From Asterionella formosa (Eukaryota): a DNA stretch of 49,802 bases. A model generated the notes under the pieces. That model did no database searches and was not told where the DNA came from. It saw nothing but the letters and a program-made list of their open reading frames with translations. This document shows positions 12,154 to 24,400 of the stretch, in pieces. The stretch is from NCBI GenBank assembly GCA_002256025.1, contig NKIB01013929.1:1-49802 (forward strand). Reading direction: 5' to 3'. The stretch's first letter is position 1, and the number at the start of each line of letters is the position of its first letter. Both the position numbers and the translations under genes were made by a program.

Positions 12154-12570
12154 GTACCAGGTACCGTGGACCTGGTACCAGGTACCGTGGACCTGGTACC
12201 AGGTACCGGTAGATATAATGAACATGCCGATGTACCGGTATGTATGTAGTATCCCGGCCTCGCCTTCCCGAACCAATCGCATAAGCAATGCCTATATATA
12301 TATATACCTGCAAGCTGCGGTAATTGTGCTAAAACTGTTACCTACCGGTACCGTACTATGTCGTACCAGCAAGTTGCGGTTATCTGGCTTAAATCAACAA
12401 TGTAATATGGGATAAAGGTAGCTATACCTTTAGCTTGGTCACAATTACCGCAATTTGCAGTACCTGTTACCGAAAGTAAGTTTTCAACAAGTCGCTCCGT
12501 ATGATATGGCGGTTCTCGATGTGCCTGTACACAATTGGAGTACCGGTACCAGGTAGTCGACTACCTAATA
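12154..12570. repeat. TACCAGG mosaic cluster including an exact 21-bp tandem duplication
   Basis: GTACCAGGTACCGTGGACCTG x2.6 at 12154-12208. Further TACCGGTA/GTACCAGGTA units occur at about 12235, 12345 and 12541. Confidence 0.9.
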
Positions 12571-12857
12571 CCAGTTCAAGTCTAACGAAATTTATAGCGG
12601 TAGGACTGTACTTTGCCAAGATGATACATGCACCAGCAGACCAGCAGTGGATACGTTCTTTGACTTTTCAATTCATCTCGTTGGCTCTGACCACGATAGA
12701 ATTTTCTAATTATGTTATGTCACAATTTACCATTATATTCATTGCTAACTAAGAATCTTAAAAAATTTTCCTCAGTGAACTAGAATTTTAAGCCAACACA
12801 GAAGTGTGAATTCACTCTGAAAATGTATAAGTTCGAAGATTGTGAGCACATAAACAT

Positions 12858-14175
12858 TTATCGGTTGATGAGCGCTGGGTTCCATTTCATGACAGGCTCA
12901 TCGTCTCGGGCCGTCAAGATTTCGTAGCCGTTATCAGTCACGAGCACCGTGTGTTCAAACTGGGCACTACTCCTTCCATCTGAGGTGACAGCAGTCCAAT
13001 TGTCGGCCCACGTCAAATCACCAGGTGATCCTAAATTGATCATCGGCTCGACAGTGAACACGTGACCAGCCTTCATCGTACCCTTGGCCTTGTTTTTATG
13101 GTAGTGAGGCACATTCGGGGCAGTGTGAAAGAGAGACCCAATTCCATGACCACAGTACGTGCGCACTACGCTGCATTTGTCTCTACTGGCAACCTTGTGG
13201 ATCGCAGTGCCAAGGTCGCGGTAAAGTGTACCTGGCTTGACCAGATCTAACGCCGCCGAAAGGCACTCAAAAGCAGTTTGCACCAGCTGTCGCCCCTCAG
13301 GATTAACTTTACCAACGCAAAACGTTTCGTTGAGGTCGCCGTGGTAACCACCTGCATTAAATGTTGTCACGTCGATGTTGACAATATCACCGTCTTGTAT
13401 TTCTCGGAAATCAGGAATGCCATGACAAATCACCTCATTGACACTTGTGCATACACTTTTTGGAAAGTTGTAATAATTCAATGGGGATGGATAGCACTCA
13501 CGTTCAATGCATGCTTCGTGTACAATACGGTCTATTTCGTCCGTAGTCACTCCAGGACGTAGGGCCTTTGCAGCGATATCGAGCACTTCTCTGCCCATTT
13601 TACAAGCATGACGCAAGCCAGTTTCACCATCAAGTTCGTCAGAGGTGTACACACGAATTGCATTATTGCTAGCTCGGTCTCGTTGCTCGGATTCCGAAAC
13701 ACCGGCAATATGATTAGCGTAATCTGGTTTTCTAATAGTGGCTGGAACTGTTCGCTTTGGACTGTACAAAGCGGGTCGCAGCGTCCCCGTAAAATTATAT
13801 CTGAGTGCCCATTCAGGGAGTGATAACTTGAGAGATTCTGGTTCGGAAGGATCGCACGAGACGCCGTCCTTAGGAGGAGTCTTTCGGTGAGATTTTTCGC
13901 TGGTTTAAATAAGAAAGAGGGAGAATGAGTTCTAGATCCAGAGGTGTCATCATAATTGGGGTCAGTGCACAAACACACCTGCTTGCAGCTAAAATTTGCT
14001 TTGCGAGGGAATGAACTGCCTTGTGACTCGCGTAATTGGCCTTGAAACAATCTTGGCTGCAGAAATAAGTGGGAGCGATCCCTAACTGGATGCATTTAGG
14101 GCAGGCAAGACGAGAGGAAACGACTTTATCGCAGTTGGGAGACGCACAAGCGCCATCGGTACAAGTTGATGCCAT
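12858..14175 (-). CDS. METAP1: Methionine aminopeptidase 1 (type Ib, N-terminal zinc finger); 2 exons (14175-13979, 13899-12858), 412 aa
   Basis: A 79-nt intron GTGTGT...AACCAG joins the Zn-finger exon ([28 protein letters not shown]) in frame to YNFTGTLRP and the catalytic domain. Metal-ligand motifs: [34 protein letters not shown]. Confidence 0.97.
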
Positions 14176-14199
14176 GATGAGGATCAGGTTTTTGTATCC

Positions 14200-14400
14200 C
14201 TACCTACCGGGTAGGCCATCAAGGAATAGACAACAACGTCGTTGGATGAGTACATACGTACCAGGGTACCTGGTACAAGGAGGTAGGGGAGGGGTATCTA
14301 GTACTATCTGGGTATTTAGCTTAATCTTTTCCTAAGTAAAACACTTTTGTTTTACCGAACCTTACTTGGTACTGCTACCTTGTACCTGGCACCTTCCGGT
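14200..14400. repeat. TACCAGG mosaic cluster upstream of MetAP1
   Basis: GTACCAGGGTACCTGGTAC at about 14258, plus TACCGGGTAG and GTACCTGG. Confidence 0.75.
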
Positions 14401-17258
14401 AGCACTCCCTTGAGATTTTGGTCGAACCATACTAGCGGCCAGGCAACGGTGTGAGTATTAATCTTTAAAGTGTACTGACTGTACTAAAAATCATGCGTTA
14501 GAATCTGTCTGTGAGGCTGTTGACGTCGCGCGGTGTCCGACGTCTAGATGTAGCCTGAGAAATTTCTGAATGGAAATAGTTACTGGTATGACCTGCCATA
14601 CCCATGCATTAACTCACCTTCATTTCCTAAGGGATGATAAAAATAAAAATTCTGAAAAAATTTCTGACAAAACATGTTATGATGTAAGACGTTTTATCAC
14701 AATTCTCCATTGGTTCCCTTAGGGAGTCTGTTTTTACCATGAACTTGCTAATAATCCATGAATGTACTATCAGTATGGTTTTTCAAGTAATTTTGTGCAT
14801 TTTAATCGGAAATTGGTTTTTTGCTCCCAACAGTCCAACGTTATTCTGTGATATACAGCAGCAGTATCAAAATGCATAGTATTCATATCAAGTAAAAAAG
14901 CATTCATCAGGTCAAGCATCACTCTAAATGGATAACTTCTCCCAAGACTCCTTGCATTTTGTGGTAGCTAGGCTATGATGCTGCCCTTGCCACCATTACA
15001 GCTAATAATGCAAGATACGGAGACGACGAAGAAGCGGAAGGAAATAAGGAAAAGATCAGAGATTATCGCCACAGAAGAGGAGGTCAACTTTATTTCTCAT
15101 TTCACAACCAGTTCCAAATGCGTGATACTGTCACTTTTCATGCAACAATGTTTCAACTATCTCGATTTGCTTATGATTTAGAAACATCATTTATCCAGAG
15201 CTTACTTGAAATTTGGATAAAAAGAATAAACTTCTTAGAAGAACACATGTGCTTTTCACTTCGCATTTTGGGAGGTTCCATATAGGACATTGATGCATGC
15301 TGGGGTTTTAATTTGGGCAGAGAGCCAATATCTCTATTATTGCTTATGGACTGGAATATTTCAGAAGTAGAATCTGCCAAACTTGAGTGGAAATATTGAG
15401 AGCTGCATGGAATATTGGTGGACATGACATTAGAATCCAGGCATCACCAGGAGCTTAGTAGATATATTTCCATTCGAAGAGATATGATGAACTGTATTGA
15501 TTGCCTTATTAATACAAAAGGCAATACTTAATGCCCGTGAAGCTGCCGAAGGAAAAAATTAGTAAGACTTTATGACTAGTTATGTATTAATCACTGTTTG
15601 ATTGAAATGAATGACTTTGAATTATATCGCATATAGTAATAGCAATTGTATCATTATGGTATGCAGTTAATCTTAAAATTCTGCCATGATTACTTTCACT
15701 ACAAGTATCATCATTCTTGTTTTCACAAATTGATTCAGGAGAAGCTCTCAAATAAACTTGATTTGAATGCTCCAGTTTCTCATTCAATTAATGAATCCTC
15801 ATGATGTTATTGATTAATGAAAACCTCGCCTTTTTCAACTTAATTAAAGAAGAAGTATATCATTTTTTGCTCTTGATTTAGTCAGCTACAAAGCTACCAG
15901 TAAAATCAATAAGCTCCAACTATCAACCAATAACCCCAGTAACGACACAAACCAAGTCAGCAACAAGAAGTGGGGTTATACAGAAAATTATTCACCAAAT
16001 CAACACTCACCATCCAATTCTCAGGCTGACATGAACAGTGCAGTCAAAGGGAACCGATTCAAGATCAAAGCAACAACAAATTTTGTTTTACCCCTACTTC
16101 TTCAAGAGGAAGTGACTACCCACCAAATATTCCACCGCACCACATTACAAGGGCCATGGAGCGCAACGACGACAAACCTAGAAATAGGTCAATAAAAATG
16201 CGCTATATAAATGATTTATATCTAAGAAGATACCAGTATTCATAATATTATTTGGTTTGGCACTGTCATCAAAATGTCATCCTGACGAGATGGAGAGATA
16301 CTCAGCCTATGCGGTGTCACAAATGGGAGAAGCTTTGTGCTACAAAGGTGCTGTGAATCTCATGTTTGCATCAATGTACAGTGCGTTTCAAGCTTACAAA
16401 GGTGGAGACTGGCGAGGATAAAACAAAGAGCTGCAGATGGTGATGAAGGCTGCGGTTTCCGAGATAGAGCGAACAGCGCTGTGTACAGTCGAATTGTTGG
16501 GAAAGAACATTGCTGCTTTGGAGAAACAAGATTTCGGTATCAAGACCAGATTGCTCAAATCATTGAGGTGTTTGATAAAAGTGACAATCAAAAAAGAGCG
16601 AGGCTAGGAGCAACCAAAACCTTGGAGTGACTTCATTTCTACTTTTTGATGACATCCAAAGTTAAGAGTAAATGGATTCTAAAGGATGCTTCTTTGAATA
16701 AGGTTCAACAATCTTGATTGAAAAGAATAAATTAAATACATATAAACAAGTAGTACTTGATCATTTTAAGACTTGAAACTGGTCTTTTGATATAATTTCT
16801 AGTTGTCAATGAGACGTGTCAGATTTTTTCGTTTGCAAGTCAGCCATATAGTTTGAGAACAAAATATTTCATAAATAAAAGAGGTAATCACTCAATGTTA
16901 CCTGGGCCCATACTGCCTCCTCCCATTGGGCAACATTGGGCCTCTTACTAACCTTTTCATTTTCTGAGTTTTGAACCAAAAAATTCTCCCATGCAGCCTG
17001 CACATAGCCTTTGAATGGCGAGAAAATACCATCCTTGCACAAATATTTTTATCTGCACAATGGGTTGGTCTGGGGAACTCGTGATTACTTTTTTAAACTA
17101 AAATACCTATCAGATGAATAATCGTTCATGTCAATGATAGAATATTTTACTAAATAAATTTCAAAGGACTTTTTTTAATAAAAGGAATATCGAGCGTTAT
17201 AAACAATTTTTGTATTATCATCGAATTCGACAGTAAATCAGGGTTGTTTTCTTGACTT

Positions 17259-17460
17259 CCTACCAGGTACTACTGGCTTCATTATAATATCACACCTAAA
17301 TGCTACAACTATTATCAGTATGCATGCTTAGACAATGCTCAACACATGCCTTATGATACTACTACGTGAAGATGGCCTGTGCTGCACCGCTCTATGGACA
17401 GTACTGGTACCCTGGTACCAGGTACCGGTAATTTACCATCTAGACTGGTACTGGTACAGG
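17259..17460. repeat. TACCAGG mosaic cluster
   Basis: GTACTGGTACCCTGGTACCAGGTACCGGTA at 17401 and CTACCAGGTACTACTGG at 17260. Confidence 0.85.
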
Positions 17461-18569
17461 TATGTATGTTGTGCATCTCAACCCGCCGGTATATGCACGC
17501 ATGGCTTCATATCCATATGTAGGACTATTGGTGCCACTTCAAATTATACTACTGGTAATATATATGTCTAGAATATCAGCTTGAGTAACAAGGATTGTGG
17601 ACTCGATTGTAATCCAACGAGTCGAACATTCCATTGCCACATCAATCGGCTATCAAACGAGATAAAAGATTGAAGATTTCTAAGGAAATGTTAAGTAGAA
17701 ATTGGAGGAGAGTCTTAGAACGACTTTGCGGGAAGCAAAGATGCATGGAAAGGAAACATTTAGTTAAGCTTATAATTTAATTTGAGTTTAGGTTATCAAT
17801 ATAGGAAACAGTGAGTTAATAGTCAGGAAGTTCAATTAGTTTATCTAGCAGGAAGGCTAGAAGCAGAGCAGAGCGAGAGGAAAGTAAGTGGTACTAGGTA
17901 GTACCACTAGCACCTAAGAGCCTACGTGAAGAGAGACCCAGCCTGTGGGAAGGAGTACGGACCTTTTTCAACATAAAAAACCACAGTATTATAGATGTTT
18001 CACATAGCTACATGAGTAAATTTGATTTGTACTGATGTACAGGTACCGCAGTTGGGGGTCGCTGAGATAGCAACTCCGTTCTTACCATGACGAAATTATC
18101 GGACTGAATATCTCCACGAAAAATGACAATCAACTACCGGTATTGCTATTTCGTACATATATCTTGCCTAACATAGAAGAGGTAACCGTTCAATGATAAA
18201 ATATTTTGCACTAATATTGACGAAAAAATTGCTGCTAGAACTTGTTTTCGTCCTCGTTTGCTCAGTTTTTAAGATATGACCAACAAGGTAGCGACACTTT
18301 TGAGTTCGTGATGCCTAGCGTAATACCATTTACTAGATAATTATTTCTATCTAATGTACAAACAAATGAGAAAACTTGAGCGATATGAATTTTGGGGATA
18401 GCACAACAACATCTCAAATGCAAGAAATACCTCAAGGTATAATTTTGTACTTACTATCAACATTACACTGCATGTTCCTTACGCGACTAGAAATATCGAA
18501 TCGCATTAAGAAAAAATAATTCCCAAAAAAAGCCATTGTGCATTTAGAATTTTTTTTGTCCAAGGATGG

Positions 18570-18925
18570 TAATGGACCTTTGAATGTCTTGTTGACTCCC
18601 ACATCCAGTACTTGAACCTGGGATGTGTAGCCAGTTGTTGCCACAAGATTTAATGGCATCTGCACGTTTACCAACTTTGTGGAGAAAAAGTTTTCCATTA
18701 GCAGTTGAGTTGGCATTTCTAAGAATGGCTGAGTCCAGGGCTTCCAAACTTGCTCAATCCCATTCAAAAAGACGGTTTGCTCGACCAAAGCCATGGCCTG
18801 GCAAAAGTGTTTCACTGAAACCGGAAATTCGTTTGGTGGATTGATCGTTAACTACCTGCTTATCTGTCCATCGCTGGTTCCCTTGAATAAAATGAATGGA
18901 GGCATCTGTTCTCTATCACTGGAGA
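18570..18925 (-). mobile_element. Decayed pogo/Tc5-like DDE_1 transposase, C-terminal part
   Basis: Reads SSDREQMPPFILFKGTSDGQISR*...FCQAMALVEQTVFLNGIEQVWKPW...TGYTSQVQVLDVGVNKTFKG. This matches the pogo motifs DG.KLPP.IIFKG, Q..AW.D, and GG.T..LQ.LDVG.NKPFK. Confidence 0.85.
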
Positions 18926-19894
18926 ATTTGATAGCGTATCTAGTTAGCAAATCAATGAATAAGTAAATAATAATAGATTTATCAATCAAATCTTATAGTA
19001 TGTAAAAGCTATCCAATAATCGCACTTGTGCCCAATATAAATGAATAAATGGACATAATTATTACCGGTTTTATTCGTTTGTAGAGTACAACGGGACTTG
19101 TCTTTTTGTCAGCCGCACCCTCCAGAACCCTAGAGACTACATGAAAAAGACAGGTGGAGAATGCAAGAATCGAAACTGCAACTGCAACAGGTGTGCTAAT
19201 CACTAATCCATTCCCAAATGAATAAGTAAATAATAGTTAAGGATGATGAATGCAATGTTGATTCAGAAAATGCAATTGATTTCTGATTTTTTAAGTCTCA
19301 CTTTTATTCCCCACTCTTGCTATTCTCAGATACTACCACATCCAAACCATTATTGCTTGCTTCTGAGTCGCATTTCTCGTTTCAATCAAGAGGAGCCGAT
19401 GAACTGAGAATGCTACGGTTGTCAGGAGGAGGTGAAATGAATATTGCCTAAATACAAGCTAGAATGGTGCCCAATATCGCCGTTGCTCTACTGCCTTTCA
19501 TTGCTTTAGTACCAGCATGATAGAAGAAGCATTGCTAGGAATAAAATAAATTGTACACACTTAAGTCTATTTACAACTATCTAGCAACTGCTTGAATTTG
19601 GTTTGATTGGATTTATATATAGAAAATACGTGATTGTTAGGAAAATATCTGTTGTCATAGATACAGAAATTATGTAATCATACATGAAAAACGGTTTGTT
19701 TGCCCCAAAATTTATGTAGGTTTATAAAATTTTTATGGAAGTTGTCGAAACAATTTTAGTTTACTCCTAGTACATATATTTCATGATGCATCACATTTTA
19801 TATTTGATGTCATACCCTTAAATTATGAACATAGCCCAAAACCTACAAATTATTTATTTGGGTGATCACATTTGACTAACATTGTTTTCTGGCA

Positions 19895-20450
19895 GCTGTA
19901 CCAAGAAAAATCGGCATTGTAGATCCACCAAGAGTTACACCCCCTAAGAGCACAGTCCAACAACCTGAGGTACCTTAAGTCTTGATTCCAATGGTCCTGG
20001 CTCCACGTTTCTCCAATGTTAATTATCCATATGAGTCAAAGTTGATGTTTGTCTCATCAATATTGACAATGCACCTAGCTACTAGTATGGTCCATACAAA
20101 AGGTCTGATGATTGGGGACATAAGTTACAAACTCAAGCACTCTGGCTTAGTTGAGTCTTGTGTTCTAGGCAACATGTGTCAATCGCCAAAGAACAACACC
20201 CTCCTTCACCATCCATCGATTGATGCTCTTTGACAGAGCTGCAAGAGATACATATTAGTTTCCAGCCACCCTTTTAAGCTTAATAGTAAACATTGGAATG
20301 GCGCAGCATTGATCTTGCTGCCTCAAACCATTGAAAGTTGACCATAAAATGTTGAATTCACCAACACTTTTTCTGACATGACCTTGGTGAGCTGTTTTCT
20401 TATTCAAAATCTGTGAGAGCTGACAATTCGGTTCATTCTTGTCATCACCC
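19895..20450 (-). mobile_element. Decayed pogo-like transposase, N-terminal DDE part (second copy)
   Basis: Reads IVNIDETNINFDSYG*LTLEKRGARTIGIKT*GTSGCWTVLLGVTLGGSTMPIFLG. It contains the N.DET first catalytic Asp motif and TL..RG..T..IK..G....TV.L. The upstream boundary is approximate. Confidence 0.8.
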
Positions 20451-21459
20451 TCATCACTATGTTCCCCTGTTGGAACAGGTAGGGAAGCAGAAATGGTCCT
20501 TCATTGCCTGATCTGTTCAAGTAAAACAGAAAAGGCCGACAGTCAACTTGATGTAATTTGGCTTGAAAATGTTGCATCCAAAATCGTTTTCTTCAGCCTG
20601 AGGCTGATGAATTTTTTCGTCATGATGCACAAATAAATAAGATGATGTAGTTGGCTTGCGGAAATTCAGGAAAGACAGAACCTTGTAGAACCTACACAAC
20701 ATAATATAGGTGTAGAAAGAGGTATATACAGCTATGTCACCATAGAAATTAGGAGTGACTTGTTCTAATTATCTGGTTATGTTGAAGGGGCTTTGACCGT
20801 GAATTCTTCATATGCTGATCGCATACGCATACACTTGCATCATACTCTTGGCAAATTTGATTGTCAAACTAAAGGTACTGGTTCTATATTGGGATGTAGA
20901 CGTAACAGACAGAAAAGCAATCGTATGCTTGGTAAAACACTATCCTAGCAACAAGAAAATCAATTGGAACAGCTTTGACGAACATATCAAAGTTTAAAGC
21001 TAATGTGTGCTAAGTAAGCAAATACATAACAATGTAGAGAGACTTAAGGTATACAACTTTATACTGGTAGCGGTCTAGTCTAGTCTAGTCCTTATTACTT
21101 GCTATATCCTCCATCTGCCACTTTTCGATACATGTCGCAACGATTACGAGCATAATACCGTTTCATGCGGTTGCATCCTACTGATCATTTCCATTCTCGG
21201 TGTAAGGCAATTGAGATCAAGCTTCCCTGTTCTGAACGCAAATATCATTCCCTCGTTTGGGTGCAATCGTTGCTCTGATTTTGACAACCGGAACCAAAAC
21301 GTTTTTAATAGATATCGAGAAAGACACATTACATATCGCTGTTCATATCGTAAAAGGAGGGAATAAATGTATTGGTTTAGTGCGTAAGCAGAGTCACACA
21401 GGAAATGGACTTATAAGATGTCTTTCAAGCATTAAACATAATCAATGATATGGAAGGAT

Positions 21460-24400
21460 CTAAGAAGCTTCTTCTGTAGCAGGAGGAGGCTCGTTTGGGA
21501 AAGGAGAGATTTCATTTGTGTACTTGCTAAGGCGGGCAGTCCAGCCCTTAAAAAAGCCACATGTACCGTTGGGTCCTTTCGCCATTCCAGACTGAGCCAT
21601 AATGGTTCCTCCGAGACCTTTGCGAACGGTAAGATTGAGCTTGGGGCGTTCTTTGTGACTTAGTCCAAGTTTCGACTCAAGATAAAGATCGGAGGTGCGA
21701 CAAATTCCAAAAATGTGGCCTTCGTGAAGAATGCCTTCGACTGATTCGTTTTCTTTCAGGAGAGAAACATCGCAACTAATTACCTCTTTCAGATCCACTA
21801 AGTATTCCTGCTGATCAGGTGTAGCGATAAACTTGGCAGTTCCAACATGTGAGACATCGTCGCCAAGAGTAATAGTAATGCTTTCGAGACGGCCTCGCTG
21901 CATCACAGCCGCTCCCTTGGTAACAACACGGACATCACGGACACCCTTTCCACTTTTTGCTTTGACAAACGAGACTAAATCACCCCGACGTGGTCCACTA
22001 GTACCATCGGCACCGTTTGTTGCACCGTTGCCTTGAATGGCGATTGCTCCATTCTTGTAGGGCAAACATGAGCATGATATATATTCATTTTCATGCTCGA
22101 GCACCTCTCGCGCATCTGTCGATGATTCGGCATTCTTTGTGTCATTTATGGCATCCTTATCAGAAACGTCCGAAATTGTGGCAATGGCACTTGTGTTCGA
22201 GCTTCCCTTCTTCTGTTGGGCAAACATGTTACATGGGTCCTTGGTGAGTAGAATGAAACCTTCCTCTTTCACATCAGTGATAGTATTATTTTCCCTCTTT
22301 CCGTCTAATTCAACATTTTCCCATCGATTTGTTCCGGCACCACGTATGGGACTTTTCGACAATGTAGCAGGGCTGGATGCCTTTCGGCTTGGAGTATTTT
22401 TAAGAGTTGTGTGTGAAGGCTCTAGCAATACGATACCATGACAAGCATCCTTTGAAGCCTTACTTGGAATATTTAGGGTTCCCTTGGGTGCTATGCGAAT
22501 ATTTATTGCACTTTTCTTCCCGTTTTCGCCGACGACAATTTCAAATTCCACCTCATCTCCCTTTCGGATCGAAGGAGCGCGTATTGGTGATAGAGACAGT
22601 CCGGCAGCTGCCTCATCGGGAGACAAAGTAAGTGCAGGCGTCGACAAGATACTCTTTGTCTGGAAAAATAGAACATCGCGTTTCGTCGCAGTTTCATCGC
22701 ATAAGCTAATGAAACCAAACTGACGAGCAGCCACGACCTCGGTGACAATTCCGAAGTAAGAATTAGAAGCCGAAGACAACTCGGATCGTACCTTGCTTCG
22801 TTCAAGAATATCCACGTTTACCAGAGAAACGTCACCTGTCCTCCTGGACTGAACAATGTCGCACTGAACAAGATCGCCAACATTTGGAGGCATTGTGCGG
22901 CGAAGGCCTTCTATGAGGCAGTGCTTGTCATAACGGATCCGTTTAATGGGCTTTTCCCAAATGAGGCGCTTCTTCTCTTTCTTTTTTTCGGATGAAATAT
23001 CAGTGTCATTCCCATCCTTCTCCTCTGTTTCCAGCACGTTCTCGTCACTGCAGCGGTCGAATTTAAAAGCATTGACTTCATCGGAATGCAATTCATTCTG
23101 ATCCAGTCGCATTATACAAATGCGGCCCGCAAAGTCGTTCTCTCCTGGGACGGGGATATGAGTAATCGTTAACTTCCCTTTCCCGTAGAACTCAGCAAGG
23201 CTTGTCACAACTTCATCGTCCCTTGTGGCAAGAATGTCAGGGTAGACAACAGATTTTCGGCTATGGCTGTCGCCTATCGACAACAAAGATTTGATAAGCT
23301 TGGACACCAAAGGGTGTCTATCATCGGGTGACATTGTTGTCCATTCCTTTTCGAGGTCAATTAGTCCAGCGAAAGGTTGTTTAGGGTCCTCCTTGACAAC
23401 GACACCCTTGACACTTTGAGCAATCACCATTGATTCGCGAATCGTCCCTGAGGGCAAAAGTACGATGCGTTGTGCTTTAAGATTTTCTTTCTCCTGTTGG
23501 ATTCGTTGTCCTTTCCGATTTCGGTTTCGAGGACCCATTCCTTGCAAAGACAAGTCGAACTGAACTTCCGTGCCAACTTGAAATTTTAATGGAGCCCCAT
23601 TATCAGTGTTCGGTAACCCCATGTTTTTACGGAGATCGCTTTGTATAGCATCAGGCATCAACTCAAACAATCGAAAGTAGACATCAATGGGTCTTTCAGC
23701 AAATGCGATGAAACCAAATCCATCCTTGATCGCATGGATCACTCCTTCTGCTCTACCTGCAAGGGACGTGGAAATCATTTTTACTGAGGGTGCATCATGT
23801 TCGTTCTCTTCTTCAGAACAAGGATTCACACGCTTGGTAGGCTTCAGGCGACAAGATCCGTCAATGATGTCCTTAACGACATCGAAAAGCAGAACATCGC
23901 CCTCGTGAACCCACAAACCAACTGCATTACCTTCGCGAAAACAAAACGTGCCCCCGGGAGAATCGGCAGGATGAAAATCGATCTCACTGATTATATTCTC
24001 ATTTCCTTCGTCATTAATATCGGCCAAAGGCTCACTAAGTTGAACTTTTCCAACCAGCTCAGAAGTGTATTTCAAATCGCTAGCATGAGGTGGTCGAGTC
24101 ACTGTTCCAGTTACTCCAGTCGCAAGGACCTCATGGAAAATAACCGAACCCTTTGGAAGGAACTTGATTTGTCTTGCACTAGACCTTTCACGTCCTCCCT
24201 TTCCAACTGGTTCTGTAATGACTAGGAATTCCAAGTCTTGTCCTTCCTTCAATACAAAATCGCCCTCATCGTCATCCTCTGGTAGTAAAACTTGAGAGTA
24301 GTGGAAGTGTATTTCTTCGCGGCGGCGATTGCTCTTGAGGAAACCAAAATCTGTTTTTAGCAAGCATACTACTCCTTGTTCAACTTTAGCGTTTGCAAGC

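Noticed and set aside
12031..12415. Short ORFs rich in WYQVPG/YLVPGT (also near 5.0, 17.3, 25.6-26.0, 30.1-30.7 and 38.4 kb)
   Set aside because: They are translations of the TACCAGG repeat in several frames and strands, not proteins.
17887..17915. Helitron 3' end (hairpin plus CTAG)
   Set aside because: The CTAG overlaps the hairpin instead of lying about 10 nt downstream, and it is not followed by T.
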